Shown here: positions 26,701 to 35,231 of the stretch, in pieces
How the letters are laid out: each line of letters opens with the position of its first letter
Numbering within the stretch: position 1 is the stretch's first letter
From: a virus
Lineage: Duplodnaviria > Caudoviricetes
IMG/VR virus record: IMGVR_UViG_3300035135_001460
Coordinates: 1-45,523 of that record
Reading direction: 5' to 3' (one strand)
DNA: 45,523 nucleotides
The notes under the pieces: generated by a model
Told to the model about the DNA's origin: nothing
The model's input: only the letters and a program-made list of their open reading frames with translations
The model's database searches: none
Position numbers and translations under genes: made by a program

Positions 26701-29421
26701 CCATCTCAGGATCCTCCAGCAGCAGTAACAGTTGCTGATAACTTAGTTCATGGTGATGTTTATCAGGATGATGATAGATCCTCTATTACTAAAGAAGCAA
26801 TCGCTACATTTATCGCTGATGCTGGATTTACTCCTAACTTAAATGCTCTTACTGGTAAGGCAACATCTGGTCAGGAAAATAGACTTATTTCATTCAATGC
26901 AAATAGTCCTGAAATTGAAGTAGAACTGAGAAGAACTTCACAGGTTCGTGCTGGTAACCAGACATTTGAATACACTGGATTTGGTTCGGGTAATTATTCA
27001 ACTGGTTTCCCATCTAAGCAGGAAATTGTTCTGAGTGATAAGGAAGTTCTTTATTCTCAGTCACAACGTCGCCGTGCTGGTGTTGTATTCTACTCTGGTC
27101 TGAATGCATATGGTGATCTGTATGTTGGTAATCAGAAGATTAACGCTATTACTGGTGAAGTTGAGATTATTGATAAACCAATTCTGAGAGTTGCAGGTTC
27201 TGCTGCTGTTGTTAATGAAGAATATGTTCCTTATGTTCAGGGAACTAAGAATGTCAACATTGAAGGTAACATTGCTACCAGTGGTGGAGAAGGTGGTGTA
27301 CTTGCTAACGCATTTAATAATGAAAGTAAGTTCTTTGAGGGTGTTAGTATTAGCACCAAGGACAGCACTAACAGAGCATTGATTTCACATGATCTTGTCT
27401 ACAGACAGAAACAATCATCTGTAGAAGGATCTTTCAATAACTATAATGCCAAGCAAACTTCCCTCAGTCCTAATAACCTGAGACCTACTCCTGGTGTTGA
27501 ATCTGTGTTCCCAGGTGATCATTTATATAAACCAAGAATTAACCGTGCTACCAGACATGAAGGTTACATTTATGTCGGTGGCGATCCATCTGAAACTGCT
27601 AATCCAATTAATGGAGATTATAGACAGGTTGGTCTGATTGGCACAGGACATCTTACATCTATTGAAGAATCTTATACTGATGCTCCTAATCAATCTGGAA
27701 CTACACCAGAACCATACATTGTAACGGGTAAGTTTGGTATTAACCAGACAGCACCTACTCAATCACTTCATGTTGGTACTGGCGATGTTCTGTTTGATCA
27801 TAACTTGGTAGTCACTGAAGATGTGACAATTAATGGTGGTGATCTTAATTCAAATGCATCAACATTTAATTATACCACTACATCAGACACAGTTAATTTT
27901 GCTACTAGTGCAACAACAATGAATGTTGCTGCTTCCAATGCTCCTCTGGGTGCTGGAACACAAGGTGGTAACTCTCTTGCAATTATTGCTAGTGATATTA
28001 CTCGCATCGTAGGTGATGTTGAGATGAATGGTAAGTTTGATTCTGGTACTTCTGGCACTAGAACTGCTACATTTACCACTACAGCAGATGTAACTAACTT
28101 CTTGACAATTCCTGGAACTGTCAACTTTAGTTCTGCAACGATGAATGCGTTCACTGGTGCTACTGTTATCAACATTGGTAATAGCACTGGTACAACAACT
28201 GTCAATCATAACCTTACAGTTACTGGTGATCTGAGAGTCAATGGTACTACAACCTATGTAAATAGCACGATTGTTGATCTTGATGATCCTATCATCTCTC
28301 TTGGTGGTACTACTGATGCTGGTGATGCTCCTGCTACTGCTGTTAATAAAGATAGAGGTTTAGAACTCAAGTATTACAGTAATGGTGCTGCCGCATCTGG
28401 ATTTATGGGTCTGGATGTTAGCGATATGAAGTATAAACTTTATACTGCTGCTACTGGATTTGCCACTAACGAAGTAACAGGAACTCTTGCAACTCTTGAA
28501 GCAGATACATTTGAGGCAGATACTGCGTTCAGTTCACCTAGATTTGAATTGGAGGGATCATTAAGCTATACTGCACAGGGTAATGAGTTTAACTCTACTA
28601 TGCAGAGTGCAATCATGAAGCACGCTCTTCCTAGTGGTGCAGTTATTATGTGGCATGGTCAAGGTGGTATTCCTAATGGATATGCTGAATGTAATGGTGG
28701 TACATATACCAATCGTTCAGGAGTTTCACAACCAACACCAGACTTTAGAGACAGATTTATTGTAGGACAAGGTAGTCAATATAGTAGTTCTATTGGTGGT
28801 TCTTATTCCAAGACCACTGGTGATGCTACCAACGCGAACACACTTGCAGTTGATTTGAGTCAATTTAGTATTGATAATCATTCTTTGGCTGTTGGACAAA
28901 TTCCACAACACAGACATGGAATTAGTCATGGTCACAGCGGTGTAACCATTAACTCTTTCAACGGCAACAATGGAAACATCAATGTCAATGTAAGTGGTGG
29001 TACTCATAATCACGAAATCAATGATGATGGTCACGCGCACTTTATTTGTGGTGGTGGTACTTCTGATGATGGCGGTGGTTGTGTTCCTGGTTCAAACAAC
29101 AGTGGTGATCATGGTGCTATTCAGCAAGCAAATGCTAATGTGAACGTTAAACTGGGTCAGGGTGGTCACAGTCATAATGTGGTTATTACGAGACAGAACA
29201 TTGCTCAGTCTATTGACACTGGTACTGGTGTAGTTGATTCTGGTACAGTGACTCCAGATGCTATTTCTGGTGAAGGTGTCAACCACGGATTGAAAAGTCC
29301 TGCTGATGGTCATAATCACAATACCTCTGGTAGTCTTCCACTTAATAACAGATCACATACTCATACTATCAATGATATTGCGCCACCATGGCACTCCACT
29401 ACATTTATTATTAAGATGTGA
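23758..29421 (+). CDS. Long tail fibre/structural protein with C-terminal tail-collar domain and His-x-His needle
   Basis: Cyanophage fibre-type N-terminus (L.RL.N..LYVNP.DF.A.D..N.GNS..RPFKSIQRA); collar LPSGAVIMW.G..IP.GY..CNG..TPDFRDRFIVG; seven HxH motifs; ends PP..TFIIKM. Confidence 0.85.
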   Translation: MALTRLTNLIASRTGRMLYVNPDDFNASDLISNNGNSPTRPFKSIQRALLEVARFSYIQGQNNDKYDQFTINLSPGEYIIDNRPGKANTAEVPELSDQSNFDITDPANDLVKFNSTEGGLVVPRGTSLVGMDLRKTRVRPRYVPNPADSSIDRTSIFKVTGACYFWQFSLFDALPTSDVSGNGGVYNEPTSNTIVNSNYSHHKVTCFTYADQSDLDLFYAKAARAFESIPTTPGELESRTQENRIVGPLQQAGQKDILSVNVSGSLVTVVTDGPHEVFEGQQITIEDVVGAYSALNGTYYVTDVANDSQLTVTLNGLAPGNVPSVDLANAIVKAEIDTVDSSSPYIFNCSLRSTYGLCGLWADGSKVSGFKSMVVAQFTGVSLQKDDRAFVKFTETTSPNPSFVLEGGASDAIALHQDSTRGVYYRGDATTGWRHYHIRVSNNSFIQSVSVFAVGYAEQHLIESGGDYSVTNSNSNFGTQALIADGFRPDAFTLDKKGKFTHIVPPQALTTLESNIQYYPLDVQKSKAGLSADSTGTKLFMFEQRDPSETPVFDINNYKLGGKLNDKVFAKLTDPATGRFSEFSAEISPSGIEEHQITNVNVGTDTFTTASTNDFETATPIRIYSSTGYLPLGMESNRLYYAIKINNTSFKIAPSEEDARAGAGGDPNSIVNIRSIIPLGAVLTVKAFVSDTNPELPRFNVSVNASNETFSTGTFPHGFTTGDKVFFRRRVIADVVQTGQLPQIQQSGTTQDISLTTEYFVKVVDSYTFKIADTLSNANNDIPIPVDAPGDVAQVVVYRNIQKSPLRYDPTQENWYISVASNVQNTIHPVLTSSSSGNIYANTLLTNTENVYFKRISDNRQLADRTYRMRYVIPKTELNARPPLIGYVVQRRTDSTNVIIPYDTNSATGQTSEFDRIYFIYRSDTILKHIPGEQDGVYYLTILLADVAPKGSQFNSATNTFDFLKYSQDVSKIYPDLDKDNPSQDPPAAVTVADNLVHGDVYQDDDRSSITKEAIATFIADAGFTPNLNALTGKATSGQENRLISFNANSPEIEVELRRTSQVRAGNQTFEYTGFGSGNYSTGFPSKQEIVLSDKEVLYSQSQRRRAGVVFYSGLNAYGDLYVGNQKINAITGEVEIIDKPILRVAGSAAVVNEEYVPYVQGTKNVNIEGNIATSGGEGGVLANAFNNESKFFEGVSISTKDSTNRALISHDLVYRQKQSSVEGSFNNYNAKQTSLSPNNLRPTPGVESVFPGDHLYKPRINRATRHEGYIYVGGDPSETANPINGDYRQVGLIGTGHLTSIEESYTDAPNQSGTTPEPYIVTGKFGINQTAPTQSLHVGTGDVLFDHNLVVTEDVTINGGDLNSNASTFNYTTTSDTVNFATSATTMNVAASNAPLGAGTQGGNSLAIIASDITRIVGDVEMNGKFDSGTSGTRTATFTTTADVTNFLTIPGTVNFSSATMNAFTGATVINIGNSTGTTTVNHNLTVTGDLRVNGTTTYVNSTIVDLDDPIISLGGTTDAGDAPATAVNKDRGLELKYYSNGAAASGFMGLDVSDMKYKLYTAATGFATNEVTGTLATLEADTFEADTAFSSPRFELEGSLSYTAQGNEFNSTMQSAIMKHALPSGAVIMWHGQGGIPNGYAECNGGTYTNRSGVSQPTPDFRDRFIVGQGSQYSSSIGGSYSKTTGDATNANTLAVDLSQFSIDNHSLAVGQIPQHRHGISHGHSGVTINSFNGNNGNINVNVSGGTHNHEINDDGHAHFICGGGTSDDGGGCVPGSNNSGDHGAIQQANANVNVKLGQGGHSHNVVITRQNIAQSIDTGTGVVDSGTVTPDAISGEGVNHGLKSPADGHNHNTSGSLPLNNRSHTHTINDIAPPWHSTTFIIKM

Positions 29422-29428
29422 GGCACCC

Positions 29429-29487
29429 TGTGCCAATTCAATAACTGTCACAGGGGGTGGTCCGCTCGTCGGGTCATCCCCTATACT
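29429..29487 (+). promoter_or_regulatory. Palindromic operator + hairpin + -10 promoter (copy 1)
   Basis: TGTGCCAATT-CAAT-AACTGTCACA, GC-rich inverted repeat, TATACT at 29482. Confidence 0.7.
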
Positions 29488-29511
29488 TATTTCAGTTGAG
29501 AGACGGAACGC

Positions 29512-31674
29512 ATGATCAACCAAGAAATCAAGGGCAACCTCGCCAAACTCCTCGCCACTGAGAACCTGATCGTTGAGCACCGTAAGGTGCCCACTGCATC
29601 CTTTGACACCCTGCGCCGTGTGCTGACTCTTCCCATCTGGGACAAGGCATCTGCGACTGTCTACGATATGCTGGTGGGTCATGAGGTTGGTCATGCATTA
29701 TACACCCCTGACGTTGATTGGCGTGAGTCCGTTCGTAACAAAGTTCCTAAAGACTTTGTGAACGTTGTTGAGGATGCTCGCATTGAGAAACTTATGAAGC
29801 GTAAGTTTCCTGGTCTGTCTCGTAGTTTTTATCAGGGTTATGAAGAATTGAATGATCAGGACTTCTTTGAGATTGAAGAGGTTGATCTTGAGCGCCTGTC
29901 ATTCATTGATCGTATCAACCTGCACTTTAAGGTTGGTTCTTTCGCCATGATTCCTTTCGCCAATGACACTGAGCAGCAATTTGTTGCCCGTGTTGCTGAT
30001 GCTGAGACCTTTGAAGAAGTTCTCGCTATCTGTGAGGATATTGTTGATTACCTGAAGCAACAGGAGAAGCAGCAAACTCCTGCCCCTATGCCCCCACAAC
30101 AGCAGGGACAGCAGGGTGAGACTGAGGAAGGTGAGCAACAGGATGAAGAATCTCCTCAGCAGCAACAGCAGCAAGAAGGTGATGAGGGTGATGAGGGTGA
30201 GGATGAGGATCTGGAGATGCCTGAATCTCCTGGTCCTAATGGTGCTGGTGATACTTATGATGAGAATGAGTCTAAAACTCAGCGTGCTTTTGATGAGAAT
30301 GCTGAAGAACTTGCTAACAATTCTGAGTATCACAGCGAGACTACCTATGTAGAACTCCCTGAGATGATCATGGAGAACGTTATTGTTGACTCTAAGGATC
30401 TCACTGCTTACATCACCAAGTGTTTCAATGAGAAGCAGGCAGAACGTATGGAGTTCTGGGGTGATATTTTTGAGGGTCCAGATACTGCATACAAAACATA
30501 TAAGAAGTCTGCTCAGAAGGAAGTAAACTACCTTGTGAAGGAGTTTGAGTGCAAGAAGTCTGCTGATGCTTATGCTCGTCAGGCAACATCTCGCACTGGT
30601 GTGCTTGATACGAAGTCACTTCATACTTACAAGTACAATGACGATCTGTTCAAGAAAGTTACCGTGCTGCCTGATGGTAAGAACCACGGCATGATCTTCG
30701 TGCTGGACTGGTCTGGTTCTATGGGTGATGTTATCATGGACACTGTTAAGCAACTGATGAACCTGACATGGTTCTGTAAGAAAGTACAGATCCCCTTTGA
30801 GGTTTATGCTTTCACCAATGAGTGGCATCCTGTGTTCATTGATCGTGATTACGATGCTTGTGAGGGTCTGCCTCAAAAGGCAGTACAAAAGGCAGGTGTT
30901 CTTGACATTAACAGGCATTTCAGTCTGCTGAATGTACTCAGTTCCCGTACTAATGCCAAGCAGTTTGAGGAGCAGTGTCTGAATCTGTTCCGCTGTGCTT
31001 ATAGTTTCAAGTATCACTGCTATTACAATCCGCCGCAGGGTTTGGGTCTGTCTGGCACACCTCTGAATGAGAGCATTGTGGCACTTAACAGCATCATCCC
31101 TCAATTCAAGAGCGACAACAAGCTCCAGAAGGTGAATTGTGTGATCCTGACTGATGGTGAGGGATGTGATCTTGCCTACAATTATGAGTATCCTTACGGT
31201 GTTGATGGTCTCGGTCGTCGTCGTTGCTGTGGTGTCTCTACTCTGCGTGATCGTAAACTCGGTCGCACTTACAAACAGTTCTCTGATTACATGGGTGATT
31301 ATGATAAATCCATGACTGCTATTCTTCTCCAGAACCTGAAGGATCGTAACCCTGATGTCAACATCCTGGGATTTCGTATCTGTAGTGGCGCTGATTTCGG
31401 TCGCTTCTATCGTTACGTCAACAACATCCGTTCTTACAACGATGTTCCTGAGAAGGATATGAAGAACTGGAGGAAGTTCAAGTCTCTGGAAATGTCTCCT
31501 GCTGGTTATGATGCATTCTATGCTATCTCTGCCAGTGGTATGAATGTGGAGACTGAGTTTAGTGTCGCTGAGGATGCCAGTGTTGCTCAAGTTCGTAAGG
31601 CATTCCGCGATAATCTGAAAAAGAAGACCACTAACAAGAAACTTCTTTCCTCTTTTGCCTCGCTTGTCTCTTGA
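29512..31674 (+). CDS. VWA-domain protein with HExxH motif (CobT-like partner of AAA ATPase)
   Basis: HEVGHALYT, NVVEDARIE, Q/E-rich linker, MIDAS DWSGS...GTP...TDGE. Confidence 0.85.
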   Translation: MINQEIKGNLAKLLATENLIVEHRKVPTASFDTLRRVLTLPIWDKASATVYDMLVGHEVGHALYTPDVDWRESVRNKVPKDFVNVVEDARIEKLMKRKFPGLSRSFYQGYEELNDQDFFEIEEVDLERLSFIDRINLHFKVGSFAMIPFANDTEQQFVARVADAETFEEVLAICEDIVDYLKQQEKQQTPAPMPPQQQGQQGETEEGEQQDEESPQQQQQQEGDEGDEGEDEDLEMPESPGPNGAGDTYDENESKTQRAFDENAEELANNSEYHSETTYVELPEMIMENVIVDSKDLTAYITKCFNEKQAERMEFWGDIFEGPDTAYKTYKKSAQKEVNYLVKEFECKKSADAYARQATSRTGVLDTKSLHTYKYNDDLFKKVTVLPDGKNHGMIFVLDWSGSMGDVIMDTVKQLMNLTWFCKKVQIPFEVYAFTNEWHPVFIDRDYDACEGLPQKAVQKAGVLDINRHFSLLNVLSSRTNAKQFEEQCLNLFRCAYSFKYHCYYNPPQGLGLSGTPLNESIVALNSIIPQFKSDNKLQKVNCVILTDGEGCDLAYNYEYPYGVDGLGRRRCCGVSTLRDRKLGRTYKQFSDYMGDYDKSMTAILLQNLKDRNPDVNILGFRICSGADFGRFYRYVNNIRSYNDVPEKDMKNWRKFKSLEMSPAGYDAFYAISASGMNVETEFSVAEDASVAQVRKAFRDNLKKKTTNKKLLSSFASLVS

Positions 31675-31699
31675 CAGGCGAGTCTTTTTCCTTTATAAT
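31671..31699 (+). promoter_or_regulatory. Consensus sigma70 promoter
   Basis: TTGACA N17 TATAAT, perfect match. Confidence 0.85.
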
Positions 31700-31723
31700 T
31701 AATATGCACCCACAATCCTAAAA

Positions 31724-32200
31724 ATGCGTGAACTTGTAGAATCCAAGAACTACCCTGAACTTTACAACTGTTATGCACTGTGGATCACTGACAATCGTCA
31801 GTTCTTCACCACTGGCAGTGTTCAGGTAAAGTTGCCTGACAGCAAGGTCAAGAAACCATTTGGTTTTCGTTCTTTCTTGAAAACATTCATCACAGATGAT
31901 TCTAAGTTGCATACTGTAGAGCAGGATGCTTCTGAGTATCTTAGTGCTTACCCTGATGAGTTTATAAAGAAGGCTGACATTTTCGTTAAGCAATTCCCCA
32001 CCATTGTCAAGAACCGTCAAGAGAAACTGAAAGCAAAGACTAATCAGTCTAATGCTGGTCTAAATGAGTTCTTTGAGCAGAAGTCTATGGACTTCACACC
32101 TCCTAAGTCTAATGAGACTGAGACTGAACGCCTGCTCGCCATGGCACAGAAGCATGGCGCTAAGATGTTCAAGAAGGGAGATCTGGAGATCCACTTCTGA
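31724..32200 (+). CDS. Hypothetical protein inserted between VWA and AAA genes
   Basis: 158-aa ORF with its own promoter. Confidence 0.75.
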   Translation: MRELVESKNYPELYNCYALWITDNRQFFTTGSVQVKLPDSKVKKPFGFRSFLKTFITDDSKLHTVEQDASEYLSAYPDEFIKKADIFVKQFPTIVKNRQEKLKAKTNQSNAGLNEFFEQKSMDFTPPKSNETETERLLAMAQKHGAKMFKKGDLEIHF

Positions 32201-32245
32201 AACTGGCACAGGGGGTGAGCACAGACCCCCAAAACCATGTATATT
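32188..32245 (+). promoter_or_regulatory. Palindromic operator + hairpin + -10 promoter (copy 2)
   Basis: CCACTT-CTGA-AACTGGCACA, GGGGGT..ACCCCC inverted repeat, TATATT at 32240. Confidence 0.65.
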
Positions 32246-32268
32246 TACATTGTTCGCAACCAAAGCAC

Positions 32269-33363
32269 ATGCCCCGCAAGATTAACATTGACATGAACGC
32301 TCTGACTGCGTTCATCTCCACTCACTACGGTGATGAGTTCGGCGGCGATGCTGTCCGTGCTGCTGCCACTGAGTTCGGTGTGACCTATCCTACCATCATG
32401 AAGCGTCTTGATCAGTACAAGGTCGGTTACGGCAAGTGGAATCTCTCTGTTCAAGAACAACTGGAGCAAACTTACGCCGCTCCTGCTGCTGCTCCTGCTG
32501 TTGTTGAGTCTGTGGTTCAGAATCTCGTTCCTGCTAAGGACGATACTTTTGTCCCATTCGGTAACTTTACCGATGTAAAGAAGATCATCAATTCTAAGAT
32601 CTTCTATCCCGTGTTCATCACTGGTCTGTCTGGTAACGGCAAGACTTTCAGTGTTGAGCAAGCATGTGCTAATCTTGGTCGCGAACTTATTCGCGTCAAC
32701 CTCACTATTGAGACTGACGAGGATGACCTGATCGGTGGTTTCCGTCTGGTTGATGGTAACACTGTCTGGCACAATGGTCCTGTGATTGAAGCACTGGAGC
32801 GTGGTGCAATCCTGCTGCTGGATGAGATTGATCTTGCCAGCAACAAAGTTATGTGCCTGCAATCTATTCTTGAGGGCAAAGGTGTGTTCCTTAAGAAGAC
32901 TGGTCGCTATGTGAAACCAGCAGCAGGGTTCAATGTCATCGCCACTGCCAATACTAAGGGCAAGGGTTCTGATGACGGTCGCTTCATTGGCACCAATGTG
33001 CTCAATGAGGCATTCCTTGAGCGTTTCGCTCTCACCTTTGAGCAAGACTATCCTACTCCTAAGATTGAGCAGAAGATCCTTGAAGGTATCTCTCTTGATC
33101 TTGGTCTGGAGGATCGTGAGTTCTGTGAGAAACTTGCTCAGTGGGCAGATATTATTCGTAAGACCTTCAATGACGGAGGCATTGATGAAGTGATCTCAAC
33201 ACGTCGCCTGGTCCACATCATCCGTGCCTACGCTATTTTCGGCAAGCGCATGAAATCCATTGAAGTTTGTGTCAACCGCTTTGATGATGAAACTAAGACT
33301 TCATTCATTGAACTGTATGATAAACTGGATGCATCCGTTGCCGTAGAAACCGAAGAGGGTTGA
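32269..33363 (+). CDS. cobS: CobS-like MoxR-family AAA+ ATPase
   Basis: Walker A GLSGNGKT, Walker B LLLDEID, TANTKGKGS.DGRF.GTN.LNEAFLERF, ISTRRL; start taken at ATG 32269. Confidence 0.92.
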   Translation: MPRKINIDMNALTAFISTHYGDEFGGDAVRAAATEFGVTYPTIMKRLDQYKVGYGKWNLSVQEQLEQTYAAPAAAPAVVESVVQNLVPAKDDTFVPFGNFTDVKKIINSKIFYPVFITGLSGNGKTFSVEQACANLGRELIRVNLTIETDEDDLIGGFRLVDGNTVWHNGPVIEALERGAILLLDEIDLASNKVMCLQSILEGKGVFLKKTGRYVKPAAGFNVIATANTKGKGSDDGRFIGTNVLNEAFLERFALTFEQDYPTPKIEQKILEGISLDLGLEDREFCEKLAQWADIIRKTFNDGGIDEVISTRRLVHIIRAYAIFGKRMKSIEVCVNRFDDETKTSFIELYDKLDASVAVETEEG

Positions 33364-33393
33364 CAAACTCTGTGGTTTCTGCTACACTAAATA
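33360..33393 (+). promoter_or_regulatory. Overlapping sigma70 and late promoters
   Basis: TTGACA (33360) N17 TACACT (33383); TAAATA at 33388. Confidence 0.7.
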
Positions 33394-33450
33394 CTTAACC
33401 TTTTGTCATAAAAGGTATTTACACTCATTCAATTAAGGAGAACTATTTCA

Positions 33451-33819
33451 ATGATTAAATCCGCAATCGCTCTTGCCGCCGCTGCTCCTCTGATGGCAGC
33501 ACCTGCCCTTGCTGGTCCATATGTGAACGTGGAAGCAAACTCAGGATTCACTGGATCAAACTACTCTGGAACGACGACAGACGCCCATGTGGGCTATGCT
33601 GGCACCACTGGCGCTATTGACTGGTATGCCCAGGTTGGTGGTTCTTACGTCTCCCCTGACGGTGGTGATGCCGAGACCGTTCCCTCTGGTAAGGCAGGTG
33701 CATCCGTCGCCGCTACGGACGCTCTGAGTGTCTATGGTGAAGTCTCCTTCATCGGATCAGGTTCTGATTCCGTTGATCGTGGTTATGGCACCAAGATCGG
33801 TGCAACTTATTCGTTCTGA
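33451..33819 (+). CDS. Secreted small beta-barrel-like protein (DUF680-type), paralog of 3767-4126
   Basis: Signal peptide ..APALA-GPYVNVE, HVGY, SVYGE, terminal YSF; strong SD AAGGAG. Confidence 0.85.
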   Translation: MIKSAIALAAAAPLMAAPALAGPYVNVEANSGFTGSNYSGTTTDAHVGYAGTTGAIDWYAQVGGSYVSPDGGDAETVPSGKAGASVAATDALSVYGEVSFIGSGSDSVDRGYGTKIGATYSF

Positions 33820-33834
33820 TATAATTAACTCTGG

Positions 33835-33856
33835 GGGGACTACGGTCCCCTTTATA
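33835..33856 (+). terminator. Hairpin terminator or processing site before tRNA
   Basis: GGGGAC-TACG-GTCCCC followed by TTTAT. Confidence 0.65.
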
Positions 33857-33858
33857 TT

Positions 33859-33944
33859 GGAAAGGTGGCAGAGTTCGGTTTATTGCATCAGTCTTGAAAA
33901 CTGACGTGTTAGTAGCACCGTGGGTTCAAATCCCACCCTTTCCG
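33859..33944 (+). tRNA. trnS: tRNA-Ser (anticodon UGA)
   Basis: Acceptor GGAAAGG/CCTTTCC, anticodon arm TCAGT-CTTGAAA-ACTGA, long variable arm, GTTCAAATC T-loop; CCA not encoded. Confidence 0.95.
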
Positions 33945-33988
33945 TTGGAGTCTAACTCCACTCACAAAACCCTTTGAGAATTACTACC

Positions 33989-34171
33989 ATGACCAAACTG
34001 ACCCAACTTGAGAACATTCTGTGTGATGTTGATGGATTGATTGGTGCTGCGCTTGAAGCAGGAGATACTGAGAATGCTCGCGCCCTGGTAGAAGAATTTG
34101 GTGAGTGGTTCATGGACTATGAAGATGGCGTAGATATTGACATGTTCTGTATCGCTGAGGAGAGTGCATGA
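33989..34171 (+). CDS. Small acidic hypothetical protein
   Basis: ORF from ATG 33989, coupled to next gene. Confidence 0.65.
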   Translation: MTKLTQLENILCDVDGLIGAALEAGDTENARALVEEFGEWFMDYEDGVDIDMFCIAEESA

Positions 34172-34389
34172 TATATTATGAACTGTCTCTAGTAATCTTT
34201 GCATTTCTTGTATTTTTAATTTACACGGACCCGAACGCTGCCCCATACTTCAATTTAATTTTTAAAGAAAGTTGGATTAACATTAGGCGGTGGTTTTACA
34301 TCGCCATGATGTATCCAAGAATTAAATTTGACGTGTGGATGATGAAGCGTCGGATAGAAAAAATTAGGAGAGAGAATGAACGACCCTAA
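34168..34389 (+). CDS. Small hypothetical membrane protein
   Basis: Hydrophobic N-terminus, basic C-terminus. Confidence 0.65.
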   Translation: MIYYELSLVIFAFLVFLIYTDPNAAPYFNLIFKESWINIRRWFYIAMMYPRIKFDVWMMKRRIEKIRRENERP

Positions 34390-34906
34390 CATTCTATATG
34401 ATTACATCTGGACTAAGGATGATTTAGATCCTTATCGTAAGATGTATGATGATTGGAAGGGTGAGTTAGTTCCCCCTGAGATCAATCGTGGAGATCGTCA
34501 CATCTGGGTCATTGATGACAACTACCCTGATCCTGATAAAATCATTCAGGCATATGTGTCACACCTCCCACGATTGGCAGCAGATGAGTTCTTGAAGTCT
34601 ACGAGACAAGGATACTCCGTTGATAATAAACTTAGTAAGTATTATGAGCACCAAGAGTTTGGTTGGCATTGTGACGCAAGCATAACATGGAGAAATCCTA
34701 GAAATAGTACATGGCGTAGAATCATCTCATCTATTACATATTTGAATGATGACTATGAAGGAGGAGAGACAGAGTTCTTATGTGGTAAGGTTATCCCTGT
34801 CTCAGGTAAAACTGTGATATTTCCATCATCTTACATGTATCCACACCGTGGGTGTCCTGTTACGAAGGGAGTTAAGAAAATTATGGTAATGCATTTCTGG
34901 ATCTAA
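34376..34906 (+). CDS. 2OG-Fe(II) oxygenase (prolyl 4-hydroxylase-like)
   Basis: WHCD, YLNDDYEGGETEF, IFPS..MYPHRG.PV..G.K. Confidence 0.88.
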   Translation: MNDPNILYDYIWTKDDLDPYRKMYDDWKGELVPPEINRGDRHIWVIDDNYPDPDKIIQAYVSHLPRLAADEFLKSTRQGYSVDNKLSKYYEHQEFGWHCDASITWRNPRNSTWRRIISSITYLNDDYEGGETEFLCGKVIPVSGKTVIFPSSYMYPHRGCPVTKGVKKIMVMHFWI

Positions 34907-34941
34907 CATATGTTATAATTACTTAAAGTTATGATCATTCA

Positions 34942-35112
34942 ATGACAAACTATCACATGGTGATTGATGCCATCTCACAGGAACTACACGCAGTCTACAA
35001 ACAAGACGAATGGAACGAGAGCACAGCGAAACAAACATCGCACAAGATCCTGACACTGGTGGAACAATTCCAGACGATGAGATCACAACCCAGGTGGAGG
35101 GCGAGCGATTAA
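34942..35112 (+). CDS. Small hypothetical protein (56 aa, not in ORF track)
   Basis: Hand translation MTNYHMVIDAISQELHAVYKQDEWNESTAKQTSHKILTLVEQFQTMRSQPRWRASD*; extended -10 TGtTATAAT at 34911-34919. Confidence 0.55.
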   Translation: MTNYHMVIDAISQELHAVYKQDEWNESTAKQTSHKILTLVEQFQTMRSQPRWRASD

Positions 35113-35231
35113 AGTTGACACTAGCATTCTTGGGAGTTATACTAACAACGTTAGGTGTAATCTTCGCTGGTTACAAACACGGACATATGTCCATTTCAGC
35201 AGTCTATCATTCACTAACTAATTTCACCTGA
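35010..35231 (+). CDS. Small membrane protein; true start probably near 35110
   Basis: One hydrophobic helix in the C-terminal half; 5' half overlaps ORF 34942-35112. Confidence 0.5.
   Translation: MEREHSETNIAQDPDTGGTIPDDEITTQVEGERLKLTLAFLGVILTTLGVIFAGYKHGHMSISAVYHSLTNFT

Noticed and set aside
23758-29421. Diversity-generating retroelement acting on the tail fibre
   Set aside because: No reverse transcriptase and no template/variable repeat pair seen in the window
30060-30215. CAG-rich and GATGAGGGT tandem repeats
   Set aside because: Encode the Gln/Glu/Asp-rich linker of the VWA protein; ordinary low complexity
30616-31590. 324-aa minus-strand ORF inside the VWA gene
   Set aside because: Antisense shadow; avoidance of TTA/CTA/TCA on the sense strand removes antisense stops
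32245-33045. 266-aa minus-strand ORF inside cobS
   Set aside because: Same antisense shadow effect; no independent evidence
33394-33400. CTTAACC as a Pho box before the second DUF680 gene
   Set aside because: Single half site with no partner at 11 bp
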